Below are positions 1-8,781 of a stretch of DNA of 64,000 bases, in pieces. The notes under the pieces are model-generated. The model was not told the origin of the DNA. It saw nothing but the letters and a program-made list of their open reading frames with translations, and made no database searches. Made by a program: the position numbers and the translations under genes. Where the stretch lies: the IMG/VR virus record IMGVR_UViG_3300031159_000070, positions 64,001 to 128,000 of that record; one strand, written 5' to 3'. How positions within the stretch are numbered: position 1 is the first letter of the stretch; every line of letters begins with the position of its first letter. Origin of the DNA: a virus.

Positions 1-217
1 TCCGATATTCGTTGTCATCGGTGTAGGCACTGACGTCGTTGATCTGGCCGCTGTCGCTCGCGCCTTCATAGTCGACCTCGACAACGACGATTCCGGCGGC
101 CTTCAGGATCGGCAAAAGGACGGCCTTGTTTTTCTCCAGGCATTTTTTGCTGATCTCGCGTCGTTTTGCCTGCTCAGCTTCCCATCGATCACGGATCTCT
201 TCAAACGTCTCGGTCAT
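1..217 (-). CDS. DUF6878-like protein (runs off window start)
   Basis: Hand translation MTETFEEIRDRWEAEQ...LKAAGIVVVEVDYEGASDSGQI; RBS GAAGGAG upstream. Confidence 0.6.
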   Translation of the reverse strand, partial: MTETFEEIRDRWEAEQAKRREISKKCLEKNKAVLLPILKAAGIVVVEVDYEGASDSGQINDVSAYTDDNEYR

Positions 218-264
218 GAGTCACTCCTTCGAACTCGACGTACAAGGCAACGAGGCGCCGCGAG

Positions 265-711
265 CTACCACTCCTCGCGGTGTCCGGTCGCGTTTTTGAT
301 CTCGGTGTAGAGGGCGTTCCAGTCGATTGCGGTCGGGCACCTTTCGTTTTTGTCCATCTCCTCGGACTGCTGACGCACGAACTTGAGAATGGCGTCCAGA
401 GCTTCGGTGTCCTGTTTGGCGAGGGTGCGCTCGTTGTTTGCCTGGGCCATGAACCGGTCGAGCGCTTCTTTTTCGTATTGCGGGGCCAGTGATTCAAAGC
501 AGACGGTCTGGAGCAGATTGATTGCGTGTTGTGGATTGGCAACCGGATAGAATTGCCCATCTTCCTTCTGCATGAAGAGTGCTGTTCCTCTTCCAAAGCT
601 CGAGCTGGCGGTGTAAAGCCGGGCCTCCTCGAATGCCAGATTCAGATCGCGCTTCAGTTCCTTTCGTGCGTTTTCGCGAATGCGCTCCTCGAGCGTTTTG
701 ATGTCGGCCAT
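265..711 (-). CDS. hypothetical protein
   Basis: 148-aa ORF, AGGAG RBS, co-oriented with neighbours. Confidence 0.7.
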   Translation of the reverse strand: MADIKTLEERIRENARKELKRDLNLAFEEARLYTASSSFGRGTALFMQKEDGQFYPVANPQHAINLLQTVCFESLAPQYEKEALDRFMAQANNERTLAKQDTEALDAILKFVRQQSEEMDKNERCPTAIDWNALYTEIKNATGHREEW

Positions 712-813
712 GGTCGTGATCTCCTATTTGCGGTTCAGTCGAGTGATCCGGCGAGCGCGGCGCTGCGCCTCGCGGCGCCCGCGGCAAGCGTCATGCCGAG
801 ACCAAGGGCGCTG

Positions 814-996
814 TCAGCTTTCAGGCACGAAGGTGCGCACGACTTCCCCTTCCGGGCCTATCTCTTGAATTTGGGCGTCGAAGATCCGGCCCTTCTTGAC
901 TCGCTTCTGGAAAGTCTCCTCCGCTTCGGCCCTTGTGGTGTGTTCGGACGATTCCTCGGTCTCGCCGTTATCGATGATCAGCACAAACGTGTTCAT
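814..996 (-). CDS. small hypothetical protein
   Basis: 60-aa ORF with AAGGAG RBS. Confidence 0.6.
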   Translation of the reverse strand: MNTFVLIIDNGETEESSEHTTRAEAEETFQKRVKKGRIFDAQIQEIGPEGEVVRTFVPES

Positions 997-1053
997 GGGC
1001 TGGGCTCCTTGGGAGAAGGCGGGGCCGTCAGGCCCCTGCCTTCGCGTATGCTG

Positions 1054-2013
1054 TCAGCTCGCCATCTCGAGGGCGAGCTTCAGGGCGCGGTTCTTGCGAT
1101 CGGCGCCCTGGCCGTACCAAGCCGAGTAGAGCCGCGCGTCCGGATCGTTGCCGGCGTGATGATCCACGTGGACCGTCACCGCGTTGAAGGCTTGCCACCA
1201 CGTGCCAGCGCCGAACTCGGCACCGGGCTGGGTGTGCAGGAGCTGCTTGAGCTGCTCGACCTGCTTGCGCGAGCGCTCCGCAACCGCCTTGCCGGCCGGC
1301 GTGTCCTGGTTCCCTTCCTTGATGTCGAACACGCGCTTGAAGTAGGTGACGACGTCTTCCTTCTTCGCGCGCTGCTTGGCCAGGAACTCGGCCCGCTCCT
1401 TGTACTCAGCCAGGATCTTGCTCGAGATGCCGAGCGTGCGCTTGACCTCTTCGGGGTCGAACTTCTGGTTATGCGCGACGCTCACTTGATTGCGGGACTC
1501 CCGGTTAAGGGCCAGCGACAAGGTGTTGTTGCAGACCACCCTGATCGGGGTGAACCGGACGTCGAGCGCGTGGCCGACCTTGTGCGGGTTCGTAAAGAGC
1601 AGATAGGCGTCGATCTGATCCTTCTTCAGGACCGTGAAGCTCTCCTTCACTTTGGCGAGCGCCCACACGAACTGACCATCCTTGAGGGAGCCGGCCGTGT
1701 GCATCTCCATGTCGCCGTTCTTCACGAAGTCGTTGAAGAACTCGAACGCCTGCTCGTTCTGCAGAGGGTTCCAGCTGCCCGACGCGATGTCGAACACGCG
1801 CTGATCCTTGTCGCGCACCAGCGCGAAACGGTTCTCGATCGTTTGCGTCGTGCCGTCCTCGTTGATGAAGGCGATCGGCTTCTTTGCGACGCGCCAATCA
1901 ACGCCGGCCTCGACCAGCATCTCCTGCGGCGTCAGATCCGGGCGGACCTTCTTGCCCTGCCGGTGCCAAGGTACCTCGCCCGCATAGGCCATCGTCTCAA
2001 CTTCTGCGCTCAT
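1054..2013 (-). CDS. DUF932/DUF945 phage/plasmid protein (TIGR03299-like)
   Basis: N-terminal MSAEVETMAYAGEVPWH; motifs TAGSLKDG and TPIRVVCNNTL. Confidence 0.85.
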   Translation of the reverse strand: MSAEVETMAYAGEVPWHRQGKKVRPDLTPQEMLVEAGVDWRVAKKPIAFINEDGTTQTIENRFALVRDKDQRVFDIASGSWNPLQNEQAFEFFNDFVKNGDMEMHTAGSLKDGQFVWALAKVKESFTVLKKDQIDAYLLFTNPHKVGHALDVRFTPIRVVCNNTLSLALNRESRNQVSVAHNQKFDPEEVKRTLGISSKILAEYKERAEFLAKQRAKKEDVVTYFKRVFDIKEGNQDTPAGKAVAERSRKQVEQLKQLLHTQPGAEFGAGTWWQAFNAVTVHVDHHAGNDPDARLYSAWYGQGADRKNRALKLALEMAS

Positions 2014-2078
2014 GGCTCTCTCCGTTCGCTAACGGTTGAACTCGGCGACAAGCGAACCGCTCGCTCATCATGGTTCTA

Positions 2079-2107
2079 TGTATAGTACAGCTATATGAGA
2101 CTGTCAA
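2079..2107 (-). promoter_or_regulatory. sigma70-type promoter (copy C) with imperfect TATAG-N5-CTATA palindrome
   Basis: Minus strand TTGACA-17bp-TATACA upstream of the DUF932 gene; related to the copies at 5767 and 7182. Confidence 0.7.
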
Positions 2108-2194
2108 CTCTCATGAGACGTCCTCGTCAGCAAAAGGGCCGTGTGGCAGTCAGAGCACTGTCAACGAAACAATGTGCGGGGTTCCATTTGGGCG

Positions 2195-2223
2195 TTGACA
2201 GAAAGGCCAATTTGGTCTAGCAC
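2195..2223 (+). promoter_or_regulatory. sigma70-type promoter pointing antisense into parB
   Basis: TTGACA-17bp-TAGCAC; 18 bp GCCAATTTGGTCTAGCAC identical to the promoter at 39256-39284. Confidence 0.55.
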
Positions 2224-2248
2224 TGCGATACACTGCCGTGTCGTGTAT

Positions 2249-3139
2249 TCAGATCAATGCCGTCTCTCTGGCGGCGCAGGCGCGGCGCAATTCCTTCTCC
2301 ATGATCTTCAGCGCGTGAATGGTGGCCTTGATCTTGTCGGCCATCAGCTCGGTGCGGTCCGGCGACACTCTCGTGGCGACGATGCACTCGCCGTCCTTCC
2401 ATCCGCTGGCGGCCATGGCGGCCATGCGTTCGATGCGGGTCTCCATCTGATTCAGCGTGGCTACGTCCTGTGCGCTCGCCTGAGGCGCGTTGGCGGGCAG
2501 CAGATCAGGCTGGGCGGCCTTGTCCTGCAACGTGGCGACGGCGGAGCGGATGGCATCGATCGTGGTGAGCTTGCCGGCCGTGTAGGCGGCCATGACGCGG
2601 CGTTGGTCGGAGTGGGAGAGCTTGGCCATTTCGAGCGCGTAGAGCGGCGGTAGGGCTCCGGTGGCGACCAGCTGTTGAATGGACGTGTCAAGGTCCATGA
2701 GGCTGAGGCGCCATCTGACACGGAACGGAGCGCAGCCGACGGCGCGGGCGAGGGCTTCCGGCTCCCAGCCTTTGGCGACCATGGCGGCGAAGGCGCGGGC
2801 CTCCTCGATCGGATTGAGATCCGCGCGCTGCAGGTTCTCGATAATGGCGGCGACATCGCGGTCCTTCGTGCTCAGTCTCTCGACCTGGGCCTTGATGGTC
2901 TCGAATCGCTTGTCGGTTTCGGCGAGCAGCCGATGGGCGCGCCAGCGGCACTCGCCGGCGACGATCTCGTAGATGGTGCCGACTTCGTCAGGCTTTACGC
3001 GGCGCACGGTGATGGGCTGCATGAGGCCGGCGGCGCGGATCGATGCGGCAAGCGCGCGAATGTGCTCGATCGGGAAGGTCTGTCGGGGATTGTCCGGGTT
3101 CGGACGGATGAGGGAAATCGGTATACGCTCAATGGTCAT
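2249..3139 (-). CDS. parB: ParB/RepB/Spo0J family protein
   Basis: PNPDNPRQTF, LMQPITVR, YEIVAGECRWRA, IIENLQRADLNPIEEA, then an HTH. Confidence 0.9.
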   Translation of the reverse strand: MTIERIPISLIRPNPDNPRQTFPIEHIRALAASIRAAGLMQPITVRRVKPDEVGTIYEIVAGECRWRAHRLLAETDKRFETIKAQVERLSTKDRDVAAIIENLQRADLNPIEEARAFAAMVAKGWEPEALARAVGCAPFRVRWRLSLMDLDTSIQQLVATGALPPLYALEMAKLSHSDQRRVMAAYTAGKLTTIDAIRSAVATLQDKAAQPDLLPANAPQASAQDVATLNQMETRIERMAAMAASGWKDGECIVATRVSPDRTELMADKIKATIHALKIMEKELRRACAARETALI

Positions 3140-3208
3140 GACGTGCTCCTGAACGACAAGGCACACTAGACAAGTGTGGCCTTGCCGTCCAGAGCGATAT
3201 CGCGCTTC

Positions 3209-3499
3209 TCAAGCCGCCATTGCTTCTCGGTTTTCTTCGATGATGCGGTCGATCTCGGCGTCGGCGTCGTGCTCATTGGCGATCATGAAGGCGCATGTGT
3301 CGCCGACGAAGATCGATAACGATTGGACGGCGCTCGGCTTGAAGCAATCGGGATCCCCGAGCGCGAGCTGCTGCTCATCCTCGTTCTCGATCGGCACAAC
3401 CCAGACGGCGAACTTCTCGTAGTCGATCAGCGGCTCGACCTGCTTGATAGCGGCCAGCACCAAGGCTTGGCGCAGGAGTTCGTTCTCGCGGATGGTCAT
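3209..3499 (-). CDS. hypothetical protein
   Basis: 96-aa ORF in a tightly packed leftward operon. Confidence 0.65.
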   Translation of the reverse strand: MTIRENELLRQALVLAAIKQVEPLIDYEKFAVWVVPIENEDEQQLALGDPDCFKPSAVQSLSIFVGDTCAFMIANEHDADAEIDRIIEENREAMAA

Positions 3500-3502
3500 T
3501 GC

Positions 3503-3712
3503 TCAGCTCTCCAGGTTCAGGGTCTTTCTGATGGCCGGGTCCTTCAGCCGCTCCTTAATGCGCCATTGCAGGAACGTGATCTCTGCATTGATTGAGCGAA
3601 TTACCGCTGTGTCTACCCATCCGCTCAGGCGATCTCTCGCTTCGAGCAGCTTGGTGATCTTGCACGCGTCCTCGTTGATCAGGGGATCGTAGGCTTCGAG
3701 CTTGTTGGGCAT
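3503..3712 (-). CDS. hypothetical protein
   Basis: 69-aa ORF, GGAGG RBS, 3-nt gaps to both neighbours. Confidence 0.6.
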   Translation of the reverse strand: MPNKLEAYDPLINEDACKITKLLEARDRLSGWVDTAVIRSINAEITFLQWRIKERLKDPAIRKTLNLES

Positions 3713-3715
3713 GTT

Positions 3716-4111
3716 TCAGTCCTCCAACCATTCTTCGTCGTCCGGCTCATAACCGAGGATCTCTTTTGCACGATCCTTCGGCAGAGCCAGCGTTACGTTG
3801 AGAAGGCTCGTGCCATCCTGGTGCGGCTCGACGTCTTCGATCACGGCGCCTCTGGCGACGTAGGTCTGGCACCACTCCTTAAGCTCCGCTTCGTTGTCGG
3901 CGATCCACCAGAGGCGGCCGATGCCGGGAGCGGTCTGAGCGCGAGCGGCGAAGATCGCAGGCGCTGCCTTGGGGCTGCACCAGTATTGCCCTTGGCTTGC
4001 GAGAGCGCGGCGGGCAGCGTTGCGCTCGCTGGCCTCGGGGAAGGCCTCGATCAACGGAACGTCGATCCTGTAGGGCTCGCCTTCCGGGTTCGTGTAGAGG
4101 TTGACGCGCAT
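3716..4111 (-). CDS. hypothetical protein
   Basis: ORF from MRVNLY with GAGGAG RBS. Confidence 0.65.
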   Translation of the reverse strand: MRVNLYTNPEGEPYRIDVPLIEAFPEASERNAARRALASQGQYWCSPKAAPAIFAARAQTAPGIGRLWWIADNEAELKEWCQTYVARGAVIEDVEPHQDGTSLLNVTLALPKDRAKEILGYEPDDEEWLED

Positions 4112-4131
4112 GGGTCCCGTGCTCCTCTCTG

Positions 4132-4554
4132 TCAGGCTGCTTTCTGGACGGTCGGGTCGTAGGTCACGACCCAACCCTTGCCGATCACGTAATGGCCGCC
4201 TTTGACCGGCTCGAACGGTTGCGCCGAGATGTCGGTCGGATCGAACAGCCCGTACCGGTCGGGGTTAGCCTTCCACTTCGCGATCCACTCCTCGCGCACG
4301 GACTGCTGCCACTCGTTGAAGGCGGCCACGGTCTCATCCGGGATGGGGCGCGTCGAGCTTGTCCGGTGCAGTATACCGATGGCGGCCACCACGTCGCGCT
4401 CCCAGGCCTCGTCCGTGTAACTGGTGATGCTGCGCTCGTAATCCGAGACGCGGCGGCGGAGTTCGACCTCATAGGTGCCGGTCTCGTCGGTCACCTCGTA
4501 CCAGACGCAGTTGAGATACGAGCAGGTCCAGCGGAATGTCGGCTTGATTGCCAT
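4132..4554 (-). CDS. hypothetical protein
   Basis: 140-aa ORF with AAGGAG RBS. Confidence 0.7.
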   Translation of the reverse strand: MAIKPTFRWTCSYLNCVWYEVTDETGTYEVELRRRVSDYERSITSYTDEAWERDVVAAIGILHRTSSTRPIPDETVAAFNEWQQSVREEWIAKWKANPDRYGLFDPTDISAQPFEPVKGGHYVIGKGWVVTYDPTVQKAA

Positions 4555-4569
4555 GGCTCCAATCTCCTT

Positions 4570-4833
4570 TCAGCGCTCAAGCGCGTAGCGAGCTGCTGTC
4601 TCAAGGTCTCGGTCGCTGCCGACGATGCCGTTGTGGCTCACGCACCAGAGGCCGCGCCGGTCGCGCCAGATGAGGACGCTGGGCCCGTCCTTGACGTCGA
4701 CTTGCGTCAGGCCATCGCGGTCGCACAGCTCATCGTTCACCCAATGAGCATTGCCGAACTCGCCGTGGTGAATGCCGCGTAGCCAGAGCGATCCATAGAT
4801 GGTCGCGATCTTCTCGTGGTCGGTGAAGGTCAT
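4570..4833 (-). CDS. hypothetical protein
   Basis: ORF from MTFTDHEK with ACGGAG RBS. Confidence 0.6.
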   Translation of the reverse strand: MTFTDHEKIATIYGSLWLRGIHHGEFGNAHWVNDELCDRDGLTQVDVKDGPSVLIWRDRRGLWCVSHNGIVGSDRDLETAARYALER

Positions 4834-4901
4834 GGCTGTCTCCGTTGTCTGATCTGGTGCAGGGGATGGGAGCCGGGCGGGCCGGCTCCACATGAGCTGC
4901 A

Positions 4902-5495
4902 TCAGGCCTTGGCGCCCCATGGCAGGCCCCACTTGTGGGCGCACGTCTTGCCATAACCGACAGCCAGCGAACGCTCGTCCTTGAGCGGCAAATCGCAAAA
5001 GCAGCAGTGACCTGAAAGTTTGCCCTGCTCGGCCGCGGTCTCGGCTGGCTTGTCGGCGAGCCGACGCAGCAGGTCGAACAGGCCTTCCGGTGCCTCGTCA
5101 CGGCCGGGCGCGAACGTGCCGTCGCGCAGGATGCGGCCGAACCACTTGCCCTGGCCGTAGGGCGCATCCTCGGCAACGAGGATCGATCCCGGCACCTTCG
5201 AGCGCTCGCCGGCAATCGTCAGGCGAATGACGATGTCGCCGACGGTGAGCGCGATCGACGGCCGCTTGAGCTTCTGGCCGGCGTTCTCGAAAAAGGCGAT
5301 CAGCTTGCTCAAGTCGCCAATCTCAACCGTCTTCGGCGGGTTCTTCGCGCGCTCAATGAGCTTGTCGACCCAGAAGAGCTGCTTGCGGGACAGCCCGCGC
5401 TCGCGGGCCTGCCGTAAAAGGCTGTCGGCAAAGCTGAGGTCGCCGGCCGGGAGCTGGTCGCGGATGGCTTCGAGGGTTTCGATGTTCGCGGTCAT
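4902..5495 (-). CDS. DUF6011 domain protein (C-terminal Zn-binding motif)
   Basis: C-terminal CCFCDLPLKDERSLAVGYGKTCA. Confidence 0.8.
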   Translation of the reverse strand: MTANIETLEAIRDQLPAGDLSFADSLLRQARERGLSRKQLFWVDKLIERAKNPPKTVEIGDLSKLIAFFENAGQKLKRPSIALTVGDIVIRLTIAGERSKVPGSILVAEDAPYGQGKWFGRILRDGTFAPGRDEAPEGLFDLLRRLADKPAETAAEQGKLSGHCCFCDLPLKDERSLAVGYGKTCAHKWGLPWGAKA

Positions 5496-5525
5496 GGCAC
5501 TCTCCACTCAGGTCTGGGTTGCGGC

Positions 5526-5723
5526 TTAGTTGTTGATCGCTGCAAAGCGTGCAGTGCGGATCTTCGGCAGGATGTCCGTGCGGACGTGGACGTAGTCGTT
5601 CTCCGGACCCTGGAATTTCGAGCTCGACAGATAGCGTTCGATCTCGGCCAGCTGCTCACGCACATCGCGCAGCTGCTGGTGAAGCTCTTCGTTCTCCTTC
5701 TGCAAGCGGTGGATGTAGTTCAT
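5526..5723 (-). CDS. hypothetical coiled-coil protein
   Basis: 65-aa ORF directly downstream of promoter copy A. Confidence 0.65.
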   Translation of the reverse strand: MNYIHRLQKENEELHQQLRDVREQLAEIERYLSSSKFQGPENDYVHVRTDILPKIRTARFAAINN

Positions 5724-5766
5724 TGGAGGTCTCCAGGGCTGGCGTTGCGTCGTTCCTGATGGTTCT

Positions 5767-5825
5767 GTTATATAGCCAAGCTATACGGAATGCAACAAAA
5801 ATCGTCAGCCTAGACCGCATTTTTT
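5767..5825 (-). promoter_or_regulatory. sigma70-type promoter (copy A) with TATAGC-N3-GCTATA operator-like palindrome
   Basis: TTGCAT-17bp-TATAAC; 38 bp (5788-5825) identical to 7203-7240. Confidence 0.8.
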
Positions 5826-5865
5826 ATCGTTGTGGGGCGGCTACTTAGCCGCCCAGCTTTGCGCC

Positions 5866-6306
5866 TTATGGCATGATGCGGACCACGCCGGCGGCGATGC
5901 TGGCCAGTGTGGCGAGCCTCGGGATCTGCTCCAGGAGCTCATCCCACGAGCACTCGATCGGGCCCTCGACCTTCTTCGCGGTGCAGCCGTACCGCGCATG
6001 GCGACCGGAGATAACGATCGTCCAGCGGCCATGGCCTTCCGGGCTCTTGTGATGGCGCTTCTCGTACTCGCGCGTATCGATCCGGAAGCCTTGAACGAGC
6101 GGGCCGGTCGGTGCCTTGGCGGGGTCGAGGTAGACCTGCTCGCCTGCCGGGCGGATGTGCTGCTGGCGCACTAAGGTTGCGAGCGTGCCGCGGCGGGCAG
6201 GCTTCGTTGACGCCTTCTTCGGCGACTGCGATGGCGCCTTGCCTTCGGCCGCGAGCTTGGCGCGGCGTGTTTCCCAGGCTTTGCGTGCGGCTTCGGAACT
6301 TGCCAT
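5866..6306 (-). CDS. basic hypothetical protein (AARKAWETRR motif)
   Basis: 146-aa ORF, ACGGAGAG RBS. Confidence 0.7.
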   Translation of the reverse strand: MASSEAARKAWETRRAKLAAEGKAPSQSPKKASTKPARRGTLATLVRQQHIRPAGEQVYLDPAKAPTGPLVQGFRIDTREYEKRHHKSPEGHGRWTIVISGRHARYGCTAKKVEGPIECSWDELLEQIPRLATLASIAAGVVRIMP

Positions 6307-6347
6307 TTTCGCTCTCCGTGTCTATCCACATTAGACCTTCCAGGCAT

Positions 6348-6513
6348 GACTGCACTGGCAAGATGGCGCGCGTCTTACGGGCTGGCCCCATCGCCGGGTT
6401 CTGCCGGCGAGATCCGAGGGCGAGACGCACAGGACCGAGGCTGCATCGGACGAACAGCTGGTTCTCGGCCCTTCCGGAAGCGCCCCTGCGGGCGCCATCT
6501 TGGCAGGGCAGTC
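6348..6513 (-). ncRNA. candidate structured RNA (long closing stem with two internal arms)
   Basis: 6348-6369 pairs with 6492-6513 (20 of 22 bp); inner stems 6370-6375/6423-6428 and 6432-6439/6464-6471, the latter with a G.U pair only on the minus strand. Confidence 0.5.
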
Positions 6514-6521
6514 GGGGGGGG

Positions 6522-6551
6522 GCCGGATGAGAGAGACCTCTCTCATCCGGC
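6522..6551. terminator. perfect hairpin downstream of the histone-like gene
   Basis: GCCGGATGAGAGAG/CTCTCTCATCCGGC inverted repeat; no clear U-tract. Confidence 0.45.
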
Positions 6552-6585
6552 AGCCGGGCTACGCGGAACCGGTTGCGCCCGGAAC

Positions 6586-6828
6586 TCAGGCGGCCTTCTT
6601 GGCCTTGCCCTTGGCCTCCGCCTTGGCCGGCTTGCCAGCCTTGGCGGGCTTGGCGGTCCCGGCCGGCTTGACCTCACCGCGGCGGCGGGCCCAGAACTTG
6701 AGGGCGGCCTCGCGGGCAATCTCGGAGCGGCTCTTGGCCGGTGCCGCGGCCGACGCGGCGGCTTTCGCCTTCGGGGCAGCCTTCTCGACCTTGGCCTTCG
6801 GGGCGTTCTTCGCGATCTTCGTGGTCAT
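6586..6828 (-). CDS. Lys/Ala-rich histone-H1-like basic protein
   Basis: 80 aa of PKAK/KPAKA repeats around RSEIAREAALKFWARRR; ACGGAGAG RBS. Confidence 0.75.
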   Translation of the reverse strand: MTTKIAKNAPKAKVEKAAPKAKAAASAAAPAKSRSEIAREAALKFWARRRGEVKPAGTAKPAKAGKPAKAEAKGKAKKAA

Positions 6829-6868
6829 GGTTCTCTCCGTTCGTTTCGAGTTTCGGTTCAGGTTTCGA

Positions 6869-7024
6869 TCAGGCAGTCAGGGCTTCGTAGGTCGCTTGCA
6901 GGGCTTGGGCCTTTGCGAGGTAGACCGACTTGGCCTTGAAGTTGCGAGCCTTCTTCGCCTTGCGCTGATTGATGGTGATGTGAGCGCGGATGGCGGCGAG
7001 CTGGGCGATCTGTGAGCGGGTCAT
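6869..7024 (-). CDS. small basic protein
   Basis: MTRSQIAQLAAIRAHITINQRK..., ACGGAGAG RBS; the frame is open to 7138. Confidence 0.6.
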   Translation of the reverse strand: MTRSQIAQLAAIRAHITINQRKAKKARNFKAKSVYLAKAQALQATYEALTA

Positions 7025-7181
7025 TTTCTCTCTCCGTGGCTTTGGGTTGCTGACTTCGATTTCGATCTTTGCTGGCCGCTTCATCCGCGTCATGATTAGG
7101 GTGGCTAGATCATCCAGCCAGGTCCTTTCTGTAATCATGTCCGCGTCCTCTGCGATCTCGTGTTCCGTTCTTGATGGTTCC

Positions 7182-7240
7182 TTTATATAGCCCAGCTATA
7201 CAGAATGCAACAAAAATCGTCAGCCTAGACCGCATTTTTT
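7182..7240 (-). promoter_or_regulatory. sigma70-type promoter (copy B) with TATAGC-N3-GCTATA palindrome
   Basis: TTGCAT-17bp-TATAAA; near-duplicate of copy A. Confidence 0.8.
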
Positions 7241-7337
7241 TTTGCGTCTAAGTGCACATTTTCTCTTGACAGGGGAGCCATTCTGGCGGGTGAAAAAATC
7301 CGCCGTTTCCGTGCCGAAAAAACCGCAAAGGTGAATA

Positions 7338-7967
7338 ATGGCAAAGCCGCCGAGAAAACCGAAAGCGCCAAAGGCGCCGCCTGAGCTGTCCCGCGATAAA
7401 TTCGAGACCGTTTTCATCGCACCCGATCAGCTCGTGGCCAATCCGCGCAATCCGCGCGTGCATCCTGCAAGCCAGATTTCCATGCTGGCCGAAAGCCTGC
7501 GCCGCTTCGGGCAGACCTATCCCGTGATCGCACGGCGGGCGAATAAGATGATCGTCGCCGGCCACGGAGTCCGTGAGGCAGCGCTCGAGGCGGGGCTTGA
7601 CCGCATCGAGGTCCGCCTGTGGGATGTCGACCAGAAGACCGCCGACGGCTACATGCTCGCCGACAACCGGCTCGGCGATCTGTCGAATGATGATGAGGCG
7701 GCTGTTAAGGCGCTGCTCGCCGAGTTCGAAGACGACTGGCTGCCGGCGCTTGGCTTCGATCTCGACGATAAGCCCGATGAAGACGACGCCGATCTCGGTG
7801 CCGATCTGGAGATCCGCGAGATCGATACCTCACCCGTCGCCGACATGTTCTATGTGACCGTCCGCGGTCCGCTCGAATTGCAGTCGAAGGCGCTCGACGT
7901 CTTCAAGGCGCTCGAGCGGGAGCATCCGGCGCTTGAAGTGCTGCTGGGCACGTCGGCCGATGGCTAA
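7338..7967 (+). CDS. ParB N-terminal (ParBc/Srx) domain protein
   Basis: NPRNPRVH, SLRRFGQTYPV, IVAGHG, LADNRL: the type usually linked to phage DNA methylases. Confidence 0.85.
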   Translation: MAKPPRKPKAPKAPPELSRDKFETVFIAPDQLVANPRNPRVHPASQISMLAESLRRFGQTYPVIARRANKMIVAGHGVREAALEAGLDRIEVRLWDVDQKTADGYMLADNRLGDLSNDDEAAVKALLAEFEDDWLPALGFDLDDKPDEDDADLGADLEIREIDTSPVADMFYVTVRGPLELQSKALDVFKALEREHPALEVLLGTSADG

Positions 7968-8574
7968 GCGCTTTGCCGCCGGCCTCGCCGCGGCCGGCAA
8001 GACCAACAACTCCGAGTCCGCGCATCGCCTGAAGATCGAGCTGCGCAACTTGGCTCTGGAGGCGATCGGACCGGACAATGCCGTGGTGCTCGACGCTTAT
8101 GCAGGTTCAGGCGAGATGCACAAGGGCGTCTGGCATCGTGCAAGCCGGTACGTCGGTTGCGACACGGAGTTTTATAGAGACGAGCGCGAGATGTTCGTGT
8201 GCGACAATCGCCGGCTGTTTCGCTGCCTCGATCTCAGGGCCTTTAACGTCTTCGACCTCGACGCCTATGGCTCACCATGGGAGCTGGCGCTGATTTTGGC
8301 CGATCGGCGCAAGATCGCCGAGGGCGAGCGCATCGCGCTCATCATCACCGACGGCTCGGCGATCGCCGGCCGGCTCAATGCGACATCGAACGCGTTCCTC
8401 CTGCTTACCGGCACGAAGATGCTGGCCGGCATGACCCGGGATTACGAGCGGCTGCACACCAAGGCCATCCACGCGGTCGCACGGCGCATGGGGGCGACGC
8501 TGGAAAAGCACTGGCTGCTCAGGGGGCGCGGGGCGCGGATGTACTACTCATCCGTCGTTCTCAGAGGAGCATGA
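7960..8574 (+). CDS. class I SAM-dependent methyltransferase-like protein
   Basis: Motif I VLDAYAGSG and DLDAYGSPW; overlaps the ParB-N gene stop. Confidence 0.7.
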   Translation: MAKRFAAGLAAAGKTNNSESAHRLKIELRNLALEAIGPDNAVVLDAYAGSGEMHKGVWHRASRYVGCDTEFYRDEREMFVCDNRRLFRCLDLRAFNVFDLDAYGSPWELALILADRRKIAEGERIALIITDGSAIAGRLNATSNAFLLLTGTKMLAGMTRDYERLHTKAIHAVARRMGATLEKHWLLRGRGARMYYSSVVLRGA

Positions 8575-8781
8575 GCTGGCATCTCGCGCTTCGTGTTTGG
8601 CGAGATACTCCTCCTTTTCCAGAAAGTCCAGTTCGACAACGTGTCGTGGAGACAATGACGGTTTCCCAGCGAGAATTGCCTCTGCGTCAAGAATCGTATC
8701 CCACAAAGGATGCAATGTTCCATAGCGGGCTGCGACGCGGCGTGCTCGCTTGATGTATGATCTGAGTTCGTCGTCAGTCAT
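8548..8781 (-). CDS. hypothetical protein
   Basis: ORF from MTDDELRS, ATGA-coupled to the upstream gene. Confidence 0.55.
   Translation of the reverse strand: MTDDELRSYIKRARRVAARYGTLHPLWDTILDAEAILAGKPSLSPRHVVELDFLEKEEYLAKHEARDASSCSSENDG

Noticed and set aside
526-2085. 519-aa plus-strand ORF
   Set aside because: Antisense shadow of the DUF932 gene and neighbours, typical of GC-rich DNA; no motifs.
6348-6551. Hammerhead ribozyme, SRP RNA or tmRNA identity for the structured region
   Set aside because: Lacks the CUGAUGA/GAAA core, the SRP helix-8 consensus and tRNA-like ends.
7266-7300. TTGACA as a promoter for the ParB-N gene
   Set aside because: No acceptable -10 at 16-18 bp.
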